Positions 60,001 to 64,000 of a DNA stretch of 64,000 bases are shown here, one piece after another. Position 1 is the stretch's first letter. Every line of letters begins with the position of its first letter. Location of the stretch: the IMG/VR virus record IMGVR_UViG_3300030329_004627; one strand, 5' to 3'. The position numbers were made by a program, and so were the translations under genes. This stretch comes from an uncultured virus (IMG/VR IMGVR_UViG_3300030329_004627). Taxonomy: Duplodnaviria > Heunggongvirae > Uroviricota > Caudoviricetes. The notes under the pieces were generated by a model. The model was not told where the DNA came from and searched no databases. It was given only the letters and a program-made list of their open reading frames with translations.

Positions 60001-63000
60001 CTAAATCAGGAAGCGCACTAGTATTAAGTGGTTCTGGAACTTTTGATGATCAGGGTACAAAATTATATCAAGCGCTTACATCGAGCGGATTTACATACTC
60101 TGGATGGTTGTTTTTCGCACCAGGTTCGTCAGTCAGAAGATTTTTTAACATGAACAGAACAGACGCAGGTGCCTACCCTGGAATCAGTATTCATAAGAGC
60201 TATGCCAGTTCTGAACATAGAGTAAACGTAGGTATTGCGTTTGCAAACGCTGCAGATTCATCTCGCGGTGTTGGACAGTGGCATGTATCAGGAGCCACAG
60301 CAGAAACTTGGATTCATGTTGCAGTTACATGGACTGGTTCTAATGGATCTTTGACATCAGTTGATCCAAAAATCTATTTGAATGGAACTGAGCGAACAAT
60401 AACTGAGGATACTGCCCCTCCGTATGCTTATTATCCGCAGAATTGGAGAGCCCCTGCGACTTACAAAGGATTTAGCAATGTAATGTTGTTTGGTGATAAC
60501 ATGGTTATTCTTGGCGGCAATCACTCTCAAACGACCTATGATTTTTCTGGCTCAATGGATGAAGTTTCGCTTTGGAAGCGACCATTAAATGCAGCAGAAA
60601 TTTCTGAAATTTACAATGGCGGAGTTCCGTGTGACATTACTTCTTCTAATACATATGAAAGCTCTTCAGCTGATTTGTGGGAGTGGATTCGAATGGGAGA
60701 TGGCGCCGGAACGCAAGCTATCAACAGCTCGAATCCAGGAGCTTTAGCTGCATCTAATAAAATCACCGGAGTTGCTAACGAACTGTTGTTTATGCCGATC
60801 AGCAAAACCGGCTCCGCAAATCCTATGGCATTTAACACCACCTCCCCAGCTGTTTTAGCGGGCTGTGTTTCAAAAATAATAAATACTGTTGATACGCCGA
60901 CCTTCTCTACTTCTTCGTTTTACGACAACTTTTTTGTTAAACACCAGATTCCGAGAATGACAAAACAGTATGCATGGATTACTGGCTCTGTTGTTGATAT
61001 TAAAGGTGGGTATGGGTTTACACCATCTAATTTTAAAATATCCAACTCTAGTGGAATAGTAGATGCATATGATTTTGTAACATCGTCTGATTTTGGAAGT
61101 TTTTATAACACAAGTACAAATAAAAGAGTTTTTGGAAACAACGCACTTGTTGTCGCAGGTCTCGGAGGCCAACAGCAGTTTGCGCCTATTGATTTTGTTG
61201 GATTGAATACAAATGTTGTAGACGAACTTTACACTGCCACTAATACAGTTGGCTCAAGCTCTGTAATTTCAGATTACATTAATCCAACATCTATTGATAC
61301 TACCAATGATGCTGGAACAGCTGGCGCACTAAATTCGCTTCTTTTAAATCGTCACGGTCCTTATGGGTGGCCAACATGGAAACAAGTTCGTCAAGATTAT
61401 CACCCGCTTGTGAGATATCAAAAAAGAAACAACAAGCTTATAACAAATATTGGCTCGACAACTCCTAATACGTTTGATATGCCTCCTGTGTCGTTGAGAG
61501 GCCGTACAGGCATGGTTAGCATAAAAAACACTAATGGAGACGTATTTACTTTAAAAGGTTCTTATACAAATGAAAAGATATATTTTAACACTTCATACAT
61601 GAATAATAAGTTTAATATATCACTAACAGATTTTATTACTCCTTTTGAACAATCGATAAAAATCGGAATAAGTTCCGAGCTTGGCAACGCTCTCAACTGG
61701 GTTCAATATTCGCAAAACATTTTTCCATCTCAAAGAAATGAGTTTCTATCTCACTCAACACAAAGACTAAACTATGATAACAAATTTTGGAGAACAAGAA
61801 GAGCAGATCGCCAGACAGTAGGTTCTGCGTTGTCTAACAGCTTTGGTGTTTATTTTAATGTTGCGCAAAATCGTCATCTTTCTCAAAGTTGCTTTGCTTT
61901 AGATGCTCCCAATGATTTCTTAACTCGCACGCGTGTCCCGGCTTTTGGATTAACTAGCAATTCTCAAGCCATACGACAAGCTAATGTGTTGTCCGAAGGG
62001 GCCGCGGGAGAGCTTCAAAATACGTACAGTTCATATTTAAGCGGCGCAGGAAGCCAAGCCTATGGCGCTGGCGCTGTAGCTAATAGAGTACAGACTTTAT
62101 TTCCTGCTGCTCTTTATGCAAGAAAGCAACAACTAACTACACCAACATCAGTTGTTTGTTCTAGCGGTATGAAAATCCCCGAAACAGGTTCTCAAGCTTT
62201 TAGCAACTCACCTTTCAGAGCTGCAAGTCAACGCGACATGTCGATGGCTGGCGAAGCAGTTTGGGAGGCCGGCACTTTGGCTGGTGTAATCAGAAAAGTT
62301 GGAACCAACAATGTTAATACATTTATAGTCTCTCAAAGTTCGCCATGGTATAATGATTATGCAGAGTTTAACTCAGATTTAAAACTTAAATCCCAGGGCT
62401 TCTCCACGGTTCCTGAATTTATTATCAGTAATCACATTACTGATTATTTAGAAACAGGTGTTATTAATAATGGAAAATCAGATACATTTGAAATAGTGGG
62501 AACTAACACAAACAGTTCCACAATTACTAATGGTACTGCTTCGTTTTATATTGATTATTCAAACTCTGATTTCTTGCAAGATTTCATGAATATTAAAGCT
62601 GAAACACTATTAAAAGCTAAAGAAATAAAATTAGTCTGCAGTGCGTCGATTAAGTTCATGCCTTATAAAGGATTTTATCCAGCGGAAAGAACACTTCAGC
62701 TGGCAAATCAATTTAAAACAGATTATGTAGATGGAATAAGAGGCTCCTGTAAAGGAGGTACTGTTGGCGGCTCATCTTTAGAGAAAACAGCTACTGGCAA
62801 CGCATTACTGCATCTTTCCGGTGGTATGGCTAAGCCGCTACTTCAGCCGTTGTTTGCTCCTGGTATTTTGTATAACGCTATTAAATCTGGCATGGCGGTG
62901 GACTGGCCGATTGTAGATTCGCCAACTAAGTTCATTAAACATTTTTATGGCAACCCAAATACTACTGATTTCAAAAACGCGTCTAACTGGGCTATTACAC

Positions 63001-64000
63001 CTCGCACAGGTTCGACACTTTATAGTCCAGGCGCCGCCGGATCTGGCGACAATACGGCATATGCCAGATTAAATCTTAATAGAAATAAAACATTTTTTGA
63101 TCGTCGATTGCCGTTTGAGACAATTATTTATCCCGAGCAATATTTGCGCGGTATTGATTTATACGATCTCGACAGCCACCCGTCTAGTTCAATGTTGGAT
63201 ACTACATCCTCATGGGATGGTTCCGCTGGCCCGTCTTACAGCTTAATGACTCGTAATTTTCTTGGCGGTGTTGCAAGTTTTTACTTACAGCAATCTGCTT
63301 TTACTAGATTAGAATCTCAGCCTGTTAGAGATGAAATGGAATTTAGCTCTGGTGAAGTTTACATGGCCAGGTTGAAAATATATCGCTCTATGACAGGATC
63401 TCGCGATTATAGTCGTGAAAGCGGATCTTATAACTTTTTTGGAGCTAGCGGCAGCGCGTTTACAAGATATGGAGCAGCTGCCCTTTCGTCTTCGACTGCC
63501 GATCGGGTAGTTTATATTACTGGCGCCAGCTATCCATTACCGCAAGATCCTCAAAAAGCAAACTATAGAGAAACGTTCACGATGTATAGTAGACCATCGG
63601 CTTTTGGTCCTGATATAGCTGGCCTTAGTTGTGGTCATTATGCTTCGGCTTCATATTATTCATCAAGTGTTGGTGGTACGATTTACGATAGTTTTACTGG
63701 GCATAATCCAGCCTTTACTCCTCCTTATTATGATGGTCAATCTTGGGTCGACTTTATATTCAGACCCAAAGGGAACACGAAATATAATCTTGCTAAAATT
63801 TTATCAGAAACTACAGCTTCGTTTTTAAGATTTGATGCGGGCTATGTTAGCGGTGCACTAAGACAATCTTCGTCGCTAGGTATAGGAGGCCCAGACTCTG
63901 TAGCCGGCGCATCTGGCGAACGCACACCACTTATATTTACCAATAATGATATAGTCAATCCTAGTGCTGTTGTTACGATCGCTCCACAAACTTATCCGTT
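54018..64000 (+). CDS. Giant LamG/concanavalin-domain structural protein, >3327 aa, 3' partial (absent from ORF track)
   Basis: ATG 54018 (MSIKKLFDG). Spot translations are open to the window end (…VVTIAPQTYP), and the track lists no closed ORF in this frame. LamG motifs: TVEFWLK, WTHIAVV, LDEFRFW, WIHVAVTW, MDEVSLW. Confidence 0.88.
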   Translation, partial: MSIKKLFDGITQDKQYSEYETEKDAFESVESSDNASEIILKQNTFVPQVDYSEASQFVKFGSAYYYYKGALTKISEYYPYDGSDAEKNKFYNSLLDVEKYIFDNEYPRTTGYINLCSNGWGSVSSTVDGYGYPATTEYITFKGGPVTSSGASLVAQGPNPYSDKIHSSNIYDENIYQTAGLPSSYGSGTRLSNLRANLDDGVTVEFWLKSGSLNNAATTQKQVIFDWWNNEAVSDADYGRILIELTSSKDAAGNFMRPFLVTVQSGACTTKDFISIGSSSLEPSLGSWGHYAFRIYNSASALHTDLYANGSLSDTAIKQSYNLSSSVGARSWPTAIDKSYSSSDTLQGWWRLNEDVSSTGNVTDSSGNSRAGTFDAAGDRPAYDTSNIPSAYIQAATNTFDGTDDTINIGTAATWNSIIGNGTGGTSKMTFSSWIRNTSGTSTRTITYWGANTRVRITSDERVEFHTQWNSSGVTWQTAASTITLNTWTHIAVVYDATTTNDPVIYVDGVAKSVTKTGTVTGTWDGLSSGNAYIASQGSSIEYAGQLADICVWNSCLAAAEIKSIYKAASIPAAFSTFTELNSKAAMGRIGALQVSPPGIAATAGAGKLSGSLDEFRFWKVKRNAAQIAENYFVPVNGGTNTDISNTTLGVYFKFNEGIVGTSADDSIVLDYAGRLSNGVWTGYPGTGARNSGSAIVSASAATKEYLDPIIRQSNPRYLALSSSLVESGSWFDSNNNSQFLNYVPSWIIEEHENLGNQNLAIISHILGSYFDKIYGLTTQIPKVRQETFTTSSHRPVPFASHLPKSLGMTMPEVFIDASVREKLLDRSKTSLFEKDVDDIKNLIYLNLYNNLTNIYKSKGTEKAIRNVMRCFYLDDSLFRLTTYTTNNTYELRNNVVQHIDIDRSINFGSPGNTSAVVYQKEDSTNDESRGYISGSGVRTMESTKWQGHQQEDPFGFTTEASITFPHYNLLNPTSASIDRSFVSCSLFGLHTVNTASADTLADPRFIANDYANFQVFAVRSNPASKNITFLLTSSNYPYPVPTLSSSVFFNVYNEENWNLSVRLRPIGGVQSGFVTGSNSGSYEVIFRGTSTNLGSLDRNFEVSGTVNYITGTMLARAPKRIYAGSRRQNITGAVLQQSDVKIMNVKHWMRTIDSSSLNMHAFDGNNQGISSSYQNIAALPANSNPDGRLDLLNYNTLALQWTFENVTGSNAAGNFTTVDNSSGSALVRDNYGWLGGATGYQHSGYGYGFTGSSTNVVDNNPTNMFKFIDPENAVGTDMVQVLSEDDKVFGVVETVPSYLFTIEKSMFQSVSEEMLKFFAGVVDFNNLIGSPVNRYRSRYKDIEKLREAFFRRVTTTSDVEKFVNYYKWFDDAISSVVAQLIPASADFVDDVLNTVESHVLERNKYQSMYPTLDTKSPDLSAAITSDSVIAPWSLQSTTLPSSPRDTTKHEYFWKNVAIRTGSLVSEIGSGNPTVDSQRDTIKKVISSAPKLSSSLPVFSTVGGTTYQRNTLASRRSQKVYKISKDKYAVTGAIFKGGTNFGPLKNIDFTYNALRPAGPVSTENDTYVPQNVLLSFGSDFESLRNVHDPPQIPSAKVKRFAKVQHGRNWQDGLGYANVSSKIAFPFNIISGTVNSGYQKLVSDTVSGSVMITNLHNDVYGPAMEKPMQGPFTEYAVGGHQSRHVSINSGAADTYLNRPEAWKILLGTCTIPSGAIGMVGPDYPWPEANDIGKTPYPMTGSQKAWLYRDYVAKRPVNIRNIRHTTGSTVLGNYNENYDVVSTFGAYSNPIAFRENQPTLPSTVLQYNATSSTTAETILGIHRTENNHFQFVAPYSVEYFSNGHRNKNVIKTRFGAPGGIETSAPAYNDFRSDEYSVYNTINYRNLTVRKPWQPPSGTLDPLVPLVSTPAGIHVYDIHGKDYGLTSQLSRHTARFGRDSLFVTSAGDLPGASYVQLPGFHKVHRNNITRIKRTDSLVNTMSKPLTNSKSINYRVDQSKSGSALVLSGSGTFDDQGTKLYQALTSSGFTYSGWLFFAPGSSVRRFFNMNRTDAGAYPGISIHKSYASSEHRVNVGIAFANAADSSRGVGQWHVSGATAETWIHVAVTWTGSNGSLTSVDPKIYLNGTERTITEDTAPPYAYYPQNWRAPATYKGFSNVMLFGDNMVILGGNHSQTTYDFSGSMDEVSLWKRPLNAAEISEIYNGGVPCDITSSNTYESSSADLWEWIRMGDGAGTQAINSSNPGALAASNKITGVANELLFMPISKTGSANPMAFNTTSPAVLAGCVSKIINTVDTPTFSTSSFYDNFFVKHQIPRMTKQYAWITGSVVDIKGGYGFTPSNFKISNSSGIVDAYDFVTSSDFGSFYNTSTNKRVFGNNALVVAGLGGQQQFAPIDFVGLNTNVVDELYTATNTVGSSSVISDYINPTSIDTTNDAGTAGALNSLLLNRHGPYGWPTWKQVRQDYHPLVRYQKRNNKLITNIGSTTPNTFDMPPVSLRGRTGMVSIKNTNGDVFTLKGSYTNEKIYFNTSYMNNKFNISLTDFITPFEQSIKIGISSELGNALNWVQYSQNIFPSQRNEFLSHSTQRLNYDNKFWRTRRADRQTVGSALSNSFGVYFNVAQNRHLSQSCFALDAPNDFLTRTRVPAFGLTSNSQAIRQANVLSEGAAGELQNTYSSYLSGAGSQAYGAGAVANRVQTLFPAALYARKQQLTTPTSVVCSSGMKIPETGSQAFSNSPFRAASQRDMSMAGEAVWEAGTLAGVIRKVGTNNVNTFIVSQSSPWYNDYAEFNSDLKLKSQGFSTVPEFIISNHITDYLETGVINNGKSDTFEIVGTNTNSSTITNGTASFYIDYSNSDFLQDFMNIKAETLLKAKEIKLVCSASIKFMPYKGFYPAERTLQLANQFKTDYVDGIRGSCKGGTVGGSSLEKTATGNALLHLSGGMAKPLLQPLFAPGILYNAIKSGMAVDWPIVDSPTKFIKHFYGNPNTTDFKNASNWAITPRTGSTLYSPGAAGSGDNTAYARLNLNRNKTFFDRRLPFETIIYPEQYLRGIDLYDLDSHPSSSMLDTTSSWDGSAGPSYSLMTRNFLGGVASFYLQQSAFTRLESQPVRDEMEFSSGEVYMARLKIYRSMTGSRDYSRESGSYNFFGASGSAFTRYGAAALSSSTADRVVYITGASYPLPQDPQKANYRETFTMYSRPSAFGPDIAGLSCGHYASASYYSSSVGGTIYDSFTGHNPAFTPPYYDGQSWVDFIFRPKGNTKYNLAKILSETTASFLRFDAGYVSGALRQSSSLGIGGPDSVAGASGERTPLIFTNNDIVNPSAVVTIAPQTYP

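Noticed and set aside
54322..63828. Apparent gene desert with only short ORFs, suggesting stop-codon recoding or non-coding DNA
   Set aside because: It is explained by one open frame from 54018 running off the window. TAA, TAG and TGA all terminate genes normally elsewhere.

Overview
A gene-dense, AT-rich window with every credible gene on the + strand and the standard genetic code. It reads as part of a large tailed (jumbo myovirus-like) phage genome, based on gp25-like and gp6-like baseplate genes, a gp55-like late sigma factor, PIN-PhoH, thymidine kinase, Hsp20, tRNAs and a tmRNA. Layout: (1) 1-10.7 kb, a probable head/internal-protein region where six unrelated proteins share an N-terminal leader MKLLxEN(W/F)R(K/N/E)(Y/F)...E. 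Cargo behind that leader includes a TMEM65-like membrane protein, a 2H phosphoesterase and a HAD nucleotidase. Nearby are an RNA-ligase-like/HxGH nucleotidyltransferase fusion and a HEXXH gene with a probable nested start. (2) 10.8-23 kb, host-takeover and accessory genes, a tmRNA, tRNA-Thr and tRNA-Gly; the tmRNA and the tRNA pair each have an unannotated structured RNA directly upstream. (3) 23-39.4 kb, a ~16 kb glycan biosynthesis cluster. (4) 39.4-64 kb, the late sigma factor and baseplate/tail genes, ending in a >3300-aa LamG protein that the ORF track omits because it runs off the window. All family assignments come from motif recognition by eye; no searches were run.
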